Shown here: piece by piece, positions 21,664-31,166 of the stretch
How positions within the stretch are numbered: position 1 is the first letter of the stretch
How the letters are laid out: every line of letters starts with the position of its first letter
Origin: a virus
Taxonomy: Duplodnaviria; Caudoviricetes
Direction: 5' to 3' (one strand)
Virus record (IMG/VR): IMGVR_UViG_3300047565_000101
Span: 40,801-104,800 of that record
DNA: 64,000 bases
Notes under the pieces: model-generated
Databases searched by the model: none
What the model saw: only the letters and a program-made list of their open reading frames with translations
Told to the model about the DNA's origin: nothing
Position numbers and translations under genes: made by a program

Positions 21664-22011
21664 CTAGTTTTGCCCTCCGCTTTTAAGAGCTTTCATCTCG
21701 TCCTTATAGTTTCCAATATCAAATGGATCTGGTACGAGTCCCCACTCTAGTCTTTTCTTTTGATACTCAAATTCTTCATCATCAATTTTTCTTTTGCCTG
21801 GAAGGAACTTGGGCTGACCGTCATCTATTCCGTAGCCACGAACTGCTTCTGCTAGCAAGGATATTCTTTGCTTATTGCCAATCTTTGAAGTAATTGATAG
21901 ATAGTTTCCATCATCGTCACCAATCCAGCGTCCATCTGGCATTTCCCATACGTATATGCCAAGCGTAGTCTCATCGTCAATTACCTGTTGATTTATTTTT
22001 TGAATGTCCAT
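21664..22011 (-). CDS. Hypothetical protein upstream of portal
   Basis: MDIQKIN start 8 nt after TGG-TAGAAT. Confidence 0.55.
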   Translation of the reverse strand: MDIQKINQQVIDDETTLGIYVWEMPDGRWIGDDDGNYLSITSKIGNKQRISLLAEAVRGYGIDDGQPKFLPGKRKIDDEEFEYQKKRLEWGLVPDPFDIGNYKDEMKALKSGGQN

Positions 22012-22073
22012 AGATATACATTCTACCATTCTTCTCTATACAAGTCCAGATTTTGTCACGTACGATGACAGAA

Positions 22074-23813
22074 TTATACGTTTTGTACAACTATCCAGTC
22101 ATTATTATAGGCTTTAACTGGGCTTTCTGTCAGCGTAATTGTCGCATCTTCAACCAGCACAAGGCTGTTTCCAGTGTATGCATTGTAATGATCCTGCGTG
22201 TCCTCTAAAGAAAACTGGTCTTCATAAGTAGCTATATTCTGATATAAAGCTTCTACGGCACCATAGAGAGAGTGGTTAAATTTAATTACATTTGAAATTG
22301 GCTGTGTAAACACTATAACAACATGATGTAGCTGGCCAGTCTTAAATACGTTAGAAACGCTTGTTTCAGATACCTTATCAACACCATTTACATATATGGC
22401 AGAAATATTAGACTTTGATATTGTGCCAGAATTTCTCCAAGAATAATTAGCAGCAAAATAATTAGTGTCCGCTACTGCTGATACTAGGCCACTATCAGTT
22501 AATGCATATGGGGTATAGAAAAATTCTAATGTATTTACAAGCATATCTGTTGTTATATAGAACCCTGAGTCTTGAACGGTCTTTACTCCATTGAGGTCAT
22601 TTCTGGACAAAATTGGATAAAGCTTGCTTCCAAGGTCAACCTCAAGAGAAGTAACATTTGAATCATCTTCAATCTTTGACAGGTAAGATGGATAATTTGT
22701 AGCATATATCTTTTGGTCATTATAGAATCGCATAGTCAAGTACGTTATCTCTGGGTTATACTTGCTATCATCTGACGTGCTTAATGTAACTCTTATATAT
22801 AGAATTCTTTCATCAGAGAAGCCCACATCACCAATTATATATTGTGGAATGGATCTTCCATTAACACACTCTACATAGGTTTCTCCATCAATACTTGTTT
22901 CTACTGTTACTAGCTCTCCGCCGTCCCATTCTATATAAGAGTCATCTATAGTCAATCCAGATGGAATAGAAATAACATCATCAAATGATACTGACTGGAT
23001 GTCGCCATTTTCAGTAGTAATTTTTAATGACTTTTTTACTTCATCATATTCTAATAAATCTGAAGCAAAGTATGAAAAGCTTTTATTTCCTGGATAGGAA
23101 TAGGAATACTGCTTTGATATTCCGTTATCAAATATCTCAAATAAATGTCCATTATTAGGAGCTACTACCTGAAGTGCTGGCATCCCGCTTCCATACACAT
23201 AGTGAACATAAATCCTGTTGCCACTAAGAGAGTACTTATATAAGGATACGCAATTTATTAAGAATGTGCCAGATGTTGCCTGACTCTTTAATGTTATAGA
23301 ATCGGCAGTAAATTTATCAGATGAAGTTTGAACAGTAGAAACAATTAAGCCATCTACGTATAGCTGAATTGAATTAATTGAATATACTGCTACAACATGA
23401 ATTACTTTATTCGGATTGGGGACATGGTATCTTATGTTTGTATGAGATACATCAAACACTAAAGATGTCTTGTCCCAGAAGACTCCGATACCTTCTACTG
23501 AATCCGCAACAATTGGCATAATAGTCGTAGACCCTAAATCATTTGGCTTAAACCAAAATTCTATTGAAAATGCATTGTAGTCATTTCCAGATGTGCCTAT
23601 GTCTGTGATCTCAGGGTACGTGGCATAACTTGAACTTGAAATACTAGTGGCAGTTAGACAGCCAGTTGTGATTGGAACAAGGTCAGTTATTCTTGTTCCA
23701 GTAAAAGTGCCATCTAAATTAAATGAAGATAAATCAGATGCTGATGATCCAGTATCATCCATCAAATAAAAAAATGACGGGCTGTCTGCTAGGACTGCTG
23801 ATTTATAGGACAT
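22074..23813 (-). CDS. LamG/concanavalin A-like virion protein
   Basis: MSYKSAVLADSP, FSIEFWFKP, HVVAVY, LYVDG LamG motifs. Confidence 0.75.
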   Translation of the reverse strand: MSYKSAVLADSPSFFYLMDDTGSSASDLSSFNLDGTFTGTRITDLVPITTGCLTATSISSSSYATYPEITDIGTSGNDYNAFSIEFWFKPNDLGSTTIMPIVADSVEGIGVFWDKTSLVFDVSHTNIRYHVPNPNKVIHVVAVYSINSIQLYVDGLIVSTVQTSSDKFTADSITLKSQATSGTFLINCVSLYKYSLSGNRIYVHYVYGSGMPALQVVAPNNGHLFEIFDNGISKQYSYSYPGNKSFSYFASDLLEYDEVKKSLKITTENGDIQSVSFDDVISIPSGLTIDDSYIEWDGGELVTVETSIDGETYVECVNGRSIPQYIIGDVGFSDERILYIRVTLSTSDDSKYNPEITYLTMRFYNDQKIYATNYPSYLSKIEDDSNVTSLEVDLGSKLYPILSRNDLNGVKTVQDSGFYITTDMLVNTLEFFYTPYALTDSGLVSAVADTNYFAANYSWRNSGTISKSNISAIYVNGVDKVSETSVSNVFKTGQLHHVVIVFTQPISNVIKFNHSLYGAVEALYQNIATYEDQFSLEDTQDHYNAYTGNSLVLVEDATITLTESPVKAYNNDWIVVQNV

Positions 23814-23842
23814 AAAATTATTATAGCATACCTAAAGTATTA

Positions 23843-24727
23843 TTATGTTTGAACATTAAATGCAGACAAGGTACTTCCTTGATCATGACTTGGAACCTTT
23901 ACAATACCAACTAATGTAGTTGCTGGTCTTACTTGAAGATCAGCTGTTGATGTTATTGTGTCTCCAAGCTGAGTCGACATCTGTACATCAGAATATGCTT
24001 TTATAGTTATTTCAGCCCCATTTGTTTGAACTGAAATTGCGGCTGGCAAAGAGCTCAGAGTTACCGAAGACAGGCCGTCTCCAGATGGCTCTTTTCTTAT
24101 CATTTGCAAATGATGCTCGACACCATTACAAGTTGCACAATTGCAAGAGTAAGGATTGCAAGAATAATACCCTCCACATGAAAAATATGTATATGTCGTT
24201 TGGCAATTACATGAGCTTGATGACGTGCATAAGGCAGGCCCTTGATATATTCCAGTTGTTCTGTCATAGCAATCAGAACCGCTTCTAATTGTATTTGAAT
24301 ATCCTGCCCCAGAGCATGAATAAACGTTACAACATGTCTGACAGCTTGTAGAAGAACTACTGCAAGTTTTGCAACTGTCGCAGTAACACGAACTATAACA
24401 GGTACTACAATTGCAACTGTAGGATGTTTGAGACGTATGTGCTACTGCTGCATACCATGAACCAGCAGAAGATATCCAAAATGCTATTCCTGTTCCAGCA
24501 GAAGGTTGTGCTGTTGCTGTAAAGCTAGGCCTAGAAACTTTTACGTATGAAATTGGATATTCTGATGCAGCTGTGCTTGACGATACAGTAGAGCCTGTTG
24601 ATGACCAGATGCCACTTAATTGCTTCCATCCATTTTTTAACCCAGATGATAAACTAAATGAATCAGAAAAATAAGCAAATGCCTTGAGTCTTGATGAGAC
24701 TACTGATCTTCTGCGTGACCTTATCAT
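23843..24727 (-). CDS. Beta-sandwich/lectin-like protein with a 20-Cys insertion
   Basis: 294 aa; about 100-aa Cys/Ser/Tyr/Thr insert between beta-rich halves; ATGA-coupled to fibre gene. Confidence 0.6.
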   Translation of the reverse strand: MIRSRRRSVVSSRLKAFAYFSDSFSLSSGLKNGWKQLSGIWSSTGSTVSSSTAASEYPISYVKVSRPSFTATAQPSAGTGIAFWISSAGSWYAAVAHTSQTSYSCNCSTCYSSCYCDSCKTCSSSSTSCQTCCNVYSCSGAGYSNTIRSGSDCYDRTTGIYQGPALCTSSSSCNCQTTYTYFSCGGYYSCNPYSCNCATCNGVEHHLQMIRKEPSGDGLSSVTLSSLPAAISVQTNGAEITIKAYSDVQMSTQLGDTITSTADLQVRPATTLVGIVKVPSHDQGSTLSAFNVQT

Positions 24728-26199
24728 GCATCAATATCTCCAGTTAGAATCCATGCGTTAGATGCTCTTTTTTCTAACATTACAGATGAGTACTTAGTTC
24801 TTGATTTTGTATAGCTATCAGTTGAAACTAATGTCGCTGGCGATGTAACGGAAAAGCTTAATCTTCCATCCCCCATTTGTCTGTACTCAATTGTTGATCC
24901 AATTGGAAATGTGGAATCAGTAGCATCATCTGGTATAGTTATCGTTACTGTACTTGAGTTTGTAAACTCTGTAATCTTATAAAGATCTTCAGATGCTACA
25001 GTATGCGACGTTCCAGTAATTGCAGTTCCGTATGATATTAAATTAACAAAATCTTTTGTTGCTATAACTGAGGTATCTACATTAAATGTGTTTGAGGGAT
25101 CTTCCTCTAGTCCAGTCCCCGCTGTTATTACCTGTGCAGCGTTGAACTGAGTATAGGATATATTTGTTGTTCCTATGGTAATGGTGCCAGTTGTACTTAA
25201 TATATACCCATTCCCGCCAAATGTTCCTTGTTCAACAAAACAGAAATCTCCATAAGAAAGCTCTCCAGATGGGGAATTATCTGCGTCTGTTGCTCTAGTC
25301 AAAACCCATGCGGTAGAACTATCACCAACTGTTGTAACGACATATATACCATTTTGCTTAGCATCTGTTTGACTTCTTACAAGAATTCTTTCGCCAGATG
25401 AGACTTCGTGATTATCAATTGTTAAAGCTTCATTTGTTGAATTATTTGTTAATGTAGCGCCAAATCCAGATGTTCCATTGCTATATGTAGCGGACAGATT
25501 GGAGCCTGTTGCACAATGTACCGCTGCATGAAAGTTTAATCCAGAAGCTATGTTATCTACATATGACTTGGTTGCTGCATGTAATGAAGATGTAGGGTTT
25601 GCATGTAATGTGAGAGCTCCTGTCAGAGTTCCGCCAGCAGTCGTCAGAAGTAAAGAAGTATCGGATATGCCATGGACACCAGTTGTATCAGATGAATGTG
25701 AAGAAAGCTCTGAGTCTCTAGCAATTGATGATGGGATTTGTGAATCTGGAATTAATCCGCTTGAATCAAGTGAAGCAACTCCATTTGCGCTGGCTCTGTC
25801 GGATAGAAGAATATAATCTTCAAGGCTATTATCTATATCTCCTTGAGTTATATTTGCGTATGAAAGCTCAGACCAATTGTCACCAGTTCCAAATTTAAAA
25901 TGTAGGGTATCTGTCTCTAATCCTATTTGAGTGGCAAGTAATACTGGGTCCTGTGATGTCCAGTCAGCTGCAGTTTTTCTTACTATTGTTGTTCCGCTTA
26001 CTGTTTCAATTTGCTCAAGTCTATACTCTAGCGAGTCAGATGCGCTGGATCCATTAATTCCAACCTTTGCTTCTATCGCCTCAATTGCATCATATATATT
26101 AGCATGAACCGTAGCATGATTAAATGTTGGTGAATTCAACAAAGAGCCAGCAGGTGGGTTTGAAAATGAATCTAAACTTGTAGGAAATTGAGTTGCCAT
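24724..26199 (-). CDS. Fibre/decoration protein with Mtd-N-like motif
   Basis: TAADWTSQDPVLL...IGLETDT motif; RILVRSQTDAKQNGIYVV...LTRATDAD fibre module. Confidence 0.7.
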   Translation of the reverse strand: MATQFPTSLDSFSNPPAGSLLNSPTFNHATVHANIYDAIEAIEAKVGINGSSASDSLEYRLEQIETVSGTTIVRKTAADWTSQDPVLLATQIGLETDTLHFKFGTGDNWSELSYANITQGDIDNSLEDYILLSDRASANGVASLDSSGLIPDSQIPSSIARDSELSSHSSDTTGVHGISDTSLLLTTAGGTLTGALTLHANPTSSLHAATKSYVDNIASGLNFHAAVHCATGSNLSATYSNGTSGFGATLTNNSTNEALTIDNHEVSSGERILVRSQTDAKQNGIYVVTTVGDSSTAWVLTRATDADNSPSGELSYGDFCFVEQGTFGGNGYILSTTGTITIGTTNISYTQFNAAQVITAGTGLEEDPSNTFNVDTSVIATKDFVNLISYGTAITGTSHTVASEDLYKITEFTNSSTVTITIPDDATDSTFPIGSTIEYRQMGDGRLSFSVTSPATLVSTDSYTKSRTKYSSVMLEKRASNAWILTGDIDA

Positions 26200-26225
26200 A
26201 TAACTAAATTATACACCAAATTAGT

Positions 26226-26816
26226 TTAAATAGACCAGAACCCAGGAGATATGTACTTATATCCAGATGCTACTGGCATAGACTGATGAAAGAATGGAGG
26301 CTTAGACGGGAATATAACTATGCTGCCTGCTCTAGGCTTTATTGTAATATCTTGATCTTCAAACCTAATATGCCCGCCCTCATAATTATCATTAAGATAG
26401 CATACGACTGATATAGTCTGTGGCCCCTCAGATCCATTTGAATCAGTATGCTTTCCCATTGATGCACCTGGCTTATACTTGCTTATAGAAAGTGGAGCTA
26501 GTTTACCAATTTCAATTCCATGTTTTAGTCCGTAGTCTTCAGACGCTTCTACTATCGCATTAAAAAGCTCCCAATAAATATCGGAATAACCATCATTCTT
26601 TCTATCTGGGCTCAGGTGATCAGACATTCTCTTTTGATAGCCAAATGCTAGACTTTCATTTCCCTCGGCACCAGATGGGTACCAGGTTTTCCATTTTGGA
26701 ATAGTGGAATTAGGATCAGACAAAATATCAAGAAGCTCTATATCTTCAATAATTGATGGTCGAATCATATTATGATATACGTGAATCTTCTCATGAGGAT
26801 ACTCACAATTAAGCAT
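26226..26816 (-). CDS. 2OG-Fe(II) oxygenase, prolyl 4-hydroxylase-like
   Basis: HTD...YLNDNYEGG...H...GYKY; start moved to MLNCEY. Confidence 0.85.
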   Translation of the reverse strand: MLNCEYPHEKIHVYHNMIRPSIIEDIELLDILSDPNSTIPKWKTWYPSGAEGNESLAFGYQKRMSDHLSPDRKNDGYSDIYWELFNAIVEASEDYGLKHGIEIGKLAPLSISKYKPGASMGKHTDSNGSEGPQTISVVCYLNDNYEGGHIRFEDQDITIKPRAGSIVIFPSKPPFFHQSMPVASGYKYISPGFWSI

Positions 26817-27537
26817 ACTTATTACCCTTTTCCCATTCTTCTTTTTGTTTGGCTTGAGCAATTCTAACTTGTCGCTCTTCCTCTTTCCATCTTTCAATTG
26901 TTTCATCATCATATTCAAGGTCTGCGAAGTCCCAAAATGAAACCATTGTATATCGTGTTCCCTTTGTAATCTCAGAAACACCATGAAGATTCTCTACTCC
27001 ACCAGGAAAGGTATATAAAGAATATGCATTTGGCTTAAAGGATATGTCATGCTCTGGGAAATAAAGCTGACCTCCTTCATAATCATCATTTAAATATAGT
27101 ATTGCTACATATTTATTTATTTCAAAAGCATTAGGCTCTCCATCATTATTAGAGTTGTCCGAGTGTACATTAGCAAATCCACCAACATCCCATTTCTGTG
27201 CATGCGAAGTGTTTGCACGAACTTCTCTATTAAATACAGATGTCACAGCCTCCTGGAACTTATCTTTAATATCAGAAAAGAAAGTGCCAGTAAGTCCAAA
27301 ACTTTTTAAGAACTCTGGCTCTGCCTTGATGCCTTTACCAGATGATCCATAGAATGCAATATCGCCCCAGTCTATTCCACACTCTTCAAAAAACTTGATC
27401 ATCTTTAATGCGGTTTCTGGCATTACAAAATTTGATATCTCAACAATTTTATTCTCTGGCACATTTAAGGCGCCTTTGCTATTCGGCTCATCCTTGTAGT
27501 AAATGAATTTTGACTTATCTATACTTTCAATGATCAT
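26809..27537 (-). CDS. 2OG-Fe(II) oxygenase, prolyl 4-hydroxylase-like
   Basis: HSD...YLNDDYEGG...HGV...GTRY; ATGA overlap start. Confidence 0.88.
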   Translation of the reverse strand: MIIESIDKSKFIYYKDEPNSKGALNVPENKIVEISNFVMPETALKMIKFFEECGIDWGDIAFYGSSGKGIKAEPEFLKSFGLTGTFFSDIKDKFQEAVTSVFNREVRANTSHAQKWDVGGFANVHSDNSNNDGEPNAFEINKYVAILYLNDDYEGGQLYFPEHDISFKPNAYSLYTFPGGVENLHGVSEITKGTRYTMVSFWDFADLEYDDETIERWKEEERQVRIAQAKQKEEWEKGNKYA

Positions 27538-28211
27538 GGTTGTTTGTCTCCAGTATGCTTTAATATTGTCCAAAAGAATGGTATTACATATCTAATACCA
27601 GACTCAATCTTTGTAACCCCGTGAATATAATTCATATCTCCTGGAAAGAAGTATGCGCTTCCCTCTTTTGGCTTAAACTGAATTCCCTGATTAGGAAAGT
27701 ATAGCTCTCCGCCCTCGTAATCTTCATTTAAATAAAATAAACCAGCGATATCATACCAAGGAAAGTCATTTGGCTTTCCAGCATTATCACCTTCATGCAA
27801 TTCTTTATCTGCGTGAGGCATTTGAAGTTGACCTGGGAACCATCTTACAATAGCTGGGCTTGTTGGAATAGCATCTACCTTAAAAAAGTTATCTACTTCT
27901 ATTTTTAGTCTATCAACAAGCTTTAGTATTACTCTACTAATCTCTGGGTCCTCTTGGTCTAAAGATCTTCCTGTTGCTACTCTATCTTTCCAATACTCTG
28001 AGTCATAAATTACTGTTCCGTCTTCATTGTAATGCGTCTCAGTCACATCCCAATGAGTTATATTCTTTGCAGCATTAAGCAAAAATCGATGCTCTTCCTT
28101 TGTCATAAAACTTTCTCTGGCCTGAATGTTATTTGAAGAGTCGCCAAAGAATCCTGACGGAGTTATAGAAAATCTATTATTTGAATGATTATTAGAGTAG
28201 TTACTATTCAT
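27534..28211 (-). CDS. 2OG-Fe(II) oxygenase, prolyl 4-hydroxylase-like
   Basis: HAD...YLNEDYEGG...HGV...GIRY. Confidence 0.88.
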   Translation of the reverse strand: MNSNYSNNHSNNRFSITPSGFFGDSSNNIQARESFMTKEEHRFLLNAAKNITHWDVTETHYNEDGTVIYDSEYWKDRVATGRSLDQEDPEISRVILKLVDRLKIEVDNFFKVDAIPTSPAIVRWFPGQLQMPHADKELHEGDNAGKPNDFPWYDIAGLFYLNEDYEGGELYFPNQGIQFKPKEGSAYFFPGDMNYIHGVTKIESGIRYVIPFFWTILKHTGDKQP

Positions 28212-28230
28212 ATATCTATTTTACCATTTC

Positions 28231-28962
28231 TTATTCATATGACCTTTTTGACCAAATCTTATTCTTATATACTCCGCCATTTATAACCCTATACTTCTTT
28301 GCATTTTCCATATTGCTTTTAATCATAGAATGATGGTCTGGAACTAAATAATCAGATGTCCAGTCTTCTCTTTTAAATGGAAGCATCTGCGCGTATGGTG
28401 TTCCAGCTGGTATAACTCCAGTCCATCCTTCTCTAATAAAGAATGGCATTGAGCCTGGAAGATTAACCTTGTCATTATCTATAATTCCAGCTACTGTCAT
28501 AAATGGCAGATCATATCTATTGAAAGGTGATGAGTAAAGCACACTATACCCCTCAGGAGCCTTTACAGCCCATTCTGGGAACCAAGCGAAGTGTTCCCTA
28601 TAGAAACCATAGGGGTGCTCGAATTGAGGCATCTGAGGCCTTACAGAGCAAAAATCACGATATCTCTCATCCAATACCCTGCAATCAATATTTCCGTTTT
28701 CATTCACAAAGAACTCTATATCGCATGGTGTTACTAATGCATATCCAGTTGCCATTATATCGAATAACGCTGGACAGGCCTTCCATGTAGGAACCTTACC
28801 TCCGTCTGGACCGATCCAAAAATCATTTGTTCTTGGATCTACTGCAAATCTATCAGCATCACGAAACCATGAAGGAATAAATTTAATAATTGAGCTTGGC
28901 TTGTTTATATCTGATTTATTAAGCCAAGGTCTATTTGCAATAAAATGCATTTTATTCGACAT
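28231..28962 (-). CDS. DUF6065-like protein (degenerate dUTPase-like fold)
   Basis: WKACPALFD, GIIDND, IPAGTPYAQMLPFKR. Confidence 0.55.
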   Translation of the reverse strand: MSNKMHFIANRPWLNKSDINKPSSIIKFIPSWFRDADRFAVDPRTNDFWIGPDGGKVPTWKACPALFDIMATGYALVTPCDIEFFVNENGNIDCRVLDERYRDFCSVRPQMPQFEHPYGFYREHFAWFPEWAVKAPEGYSVLYSSPFNRYDLPFMTVAGIIDNDKVNLPGSMPFFIREGWTGVIPAGTPYAQMLPFKREDWTSDYLVPDHHSMIKSNMENAKKYRVINGGVYKNKIWSKRSYE

Positions 28963-29674
28963 GATTTTTCCACTTACTATTGTTGACAACCTGAAGCTTT
29001 AAAGCTTTTACTTCATGTTCTCCGACCTTTTCGCCTTTTTCATTGACTGCATCTCTATACCAGTCTGTCCATTTCCCAGCCTTATTTATTACTTGAGCAG
29101 CTTCGCCATAAGATCTTAATCTATTATTATATTCATCATTTTCAATAAAGTCTAATATCTCTACGGACTCTTCTTTCAAAGATGTTAATGATATAGGTAT
29201 TATAGTTGCAATTGGCTGACCTGCTTTGATTGTAATAACCTTATTTGGCGTTCTAGCTTTTATTGCTAAAGGAAACTCTGCCTCTAGAAATGAAGTGCTT
29301 ATCAATGAAGATATCACTTCAAAATCTTCATAAAAATAGTTCTGCGGAGTAATTGTTAATACGCTTATATTTTTATCTGACCTCAATATTAAACCAGTAT
29401 TAAAGCTTACACTAGACTGCCCTCTGCCTGTATATGTTTTATCAGCACCGTCTAATATTTGAATATGGTCTGATCCAGTATCATTTATGCCATCCCAAAT
29501 AAAACTAACGTCATAAGGGGCAGAAAGAGTCCATCCGATAGTATTTGCAGTTGTTACAGGATAGCAATGATATGCATGTCTGGCTGGTGTTTCCTCCATC
29601 CAGTCTCTTTGAGCTGATAACGGCTGTATCACCAGAGCATCATCGTGTCTTTTGTATGCCCTTAATATAGACAT
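28952..29674 (-). CDS. DUF6065-like protein
   Basis: RDWMEET...AYHCYPVTTANTIGW, IKAGQPIATIIP. Confidence 0.6.
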   Translation of the reverse strand: MSILRAYKRHDDALVIQPLSAQRDWMEETPARHAYHCYPVTTANTIGWTLSAPYDVSFIWDGINDTGSDHIQILDGADKTYTGRGQSSVSFNTGLILRSDKNISVLTITPQNYFYEDFEVISSLISTSFLEAEFPLAIKARTPNKVITIKAGQPIATIIPISLTSLKEESVEILDFIENDEYNNRLRSYGEAAQVINKAGKWTDWYRDAVNEKGEKVGEHEVKALKLQVVNNSKWKNHVE

Positions 29675-30357
29675 TAAGATCCAGTTTCTTGATAGAACTC
29701 TGGCTTGTGATACTTATCGCTGTAATCAAGCATTGTTACTAATGAATACTTTGTGCCACTAAGTACTTTCTTTGCCTGATGAGGATACATAAAGTTTGAT
29801 GGGAATAGTACTGTGTCTCCAGCCTTTGGCTTGTAGTTTACTCCCTGGAGCCTGAAGAATATTTCTCCACCTTCATAATCGTCATTCAAATATGTAACAA
29901 GAGAAAGTGTGCAATTATAGGAATATCCATGATCATGGTGTTCCATAAAGTGCTGACCTTCTCCATATCTAATAAAATTAAAAGCTTCCCAATATCTTAA
30001 ATTATTGATGTTAAATCTTTTTGAGTAGTCTTCTACGGCTGGAAACTGTGCATCATAGCAATCTTGCCATATTTGCTGAAGCTTAAGAGAGGCATCTGAA
30101 GGATCCCCAGCTATATCTGATTTCTTAAACTTAAAGTCAACGCAATCTCTATACTCTGGCATTCTCTGTCTATATCCGACATATGCATCTTCCCACTTAT
30201 ACTGATTAGCTTTACTATTTAGAACATCTTCTAATCTATTAATAACATCAAGCTCTGGCTTTACTGTATCATGATAGACTAAAATTCCAGCACCTACTTC
30301 TTCTACACTACTCCATGTTGGAACTATAGTTGAGCTATTTGATGCATTTACATCCAT
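29674..30357 (-). CDS. 2OG-Fe(II) oxygenase, prolyl 4-hydroxylase-like
   Basis: HHD...YLNDDYEGG...FPSNFMYPH...GTKY. Confidence 0.88.
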   Translation of the reverse strand: MDVNASNSSTIVPTWSSVEEVGAGILVYHDTVKPELDVINRLEDVLNSKANQYKWEDAYVGYRQRMPEYRDCVDFKFKKSDIAGDPSDASLKLQQIWQDCYDAQFPAVEDYSKRFNINNLRYWEAFNFIRYGEGQHFMEHHDHGYSYNCTLSLVTYLNDDYEGGEIFFRLQGVNYKPKAGDTVLFPSNFMYPHQAKKVLSGTKYSLVTMLDYSDKYHKPEFYQETGS

Positions 30358-31097
30358 TATATAACCTGTCCATTCTGATTAATTCTAACACCATAAAGAT
30401 TGTCTTTATGGGCTAAGTCATTGATATCCATCATTACAACTACGCAATACTTAGTTCCAGATTTAATTGGAAGTGATGCATGCTCGTATGCATAGTTAGA
30501 TGGGAATATTGCTATATCTCCATACCCTGGCTTTACAGTAGTATTATCAAGTCTAGGGAAAAATATCTCTCCGCCCTCGTAATCTTCATTTAAATATATT
30601 ACAGCAGATACTGCACACTTATACATAGGTCCATCATCTGCATGGATTCTAAAGTGCTTGCCCTCTCCTTCATACTTTACAAAGTTAAAGATCTCATAGA
30701 AATTAACATTAATTCCCCAGTATCTTGCGTAGTCATCTACGCATCTTCTAAGTCCATTAAAAATCTCATCATAGATTTCATGTAGCTCTGCGTTTGATTC
30801 ATTCTTTTCTCCGAGAGACTTATGATTCATTTTAAAATCAACACAATCTCTTGCCTTCTTAACAGGAGCATCATCATTAGTCACTTTTGCTTCGTTCCAT
30901 CGATATGAACCATTGCTATCAAGATACTTATTTAAAACATCAATATACTTGTCAATCTTATCTTTAGAAAATGCATGATGATAAACATTAAGCCCAAAAC
31001 CTGGATTAGATACACGAATTCCATCAAAATTTTTATCTGGCATTCTTGTGCCAGTAGACTCTGTTCTATCTTTTTCAAACCACTCGTTATTTTCCAT
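30357..31097 (-). CDS. 2OG-Fe(II) oxygenase, prolyl 4-hydroxylase-like
   Basis: HAD...YLNEDYEGG...FPSNYAYEH...GTKY; GGAGG RBS before ATG 31097. Confidence 0.88.
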   Translation of the reverse strand: MENNEWFEKDRTESTGTRMPDKNFDGIRVSNPGFGLNVYHHAFSKDKIDKYIDVLNKYLDSNGSYRWNEAKVTNDDAPVKKARDCVDFKMNHKSLGEKNESNAELHEIYDEIFNGLRRCVDDYARYWGINVNFYEIFNFVKYEGEGKHFRIHADDGPMYKCAVSAVIYLNEDYEGGEIFFPRLDNTTVKPGYGDIAIFPSNYAYEHASLPIKSGTKYCVVVMMDINDLAHKDNLYGVRINQNGQVI

Positions 31098-31166
31098 TGT
31101 AGCCTCCAATACACATTATAGCATTTGTGATTTTCGGTTACAATAGGTTTTAATGCAGTTTATAGC

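Noticed and set aside
20081-22074. Terminase expected next to portal
   Set aside because: No Walker A or nuclease motifs in neighbouring ORFs; terminase presumably lies outside the window.
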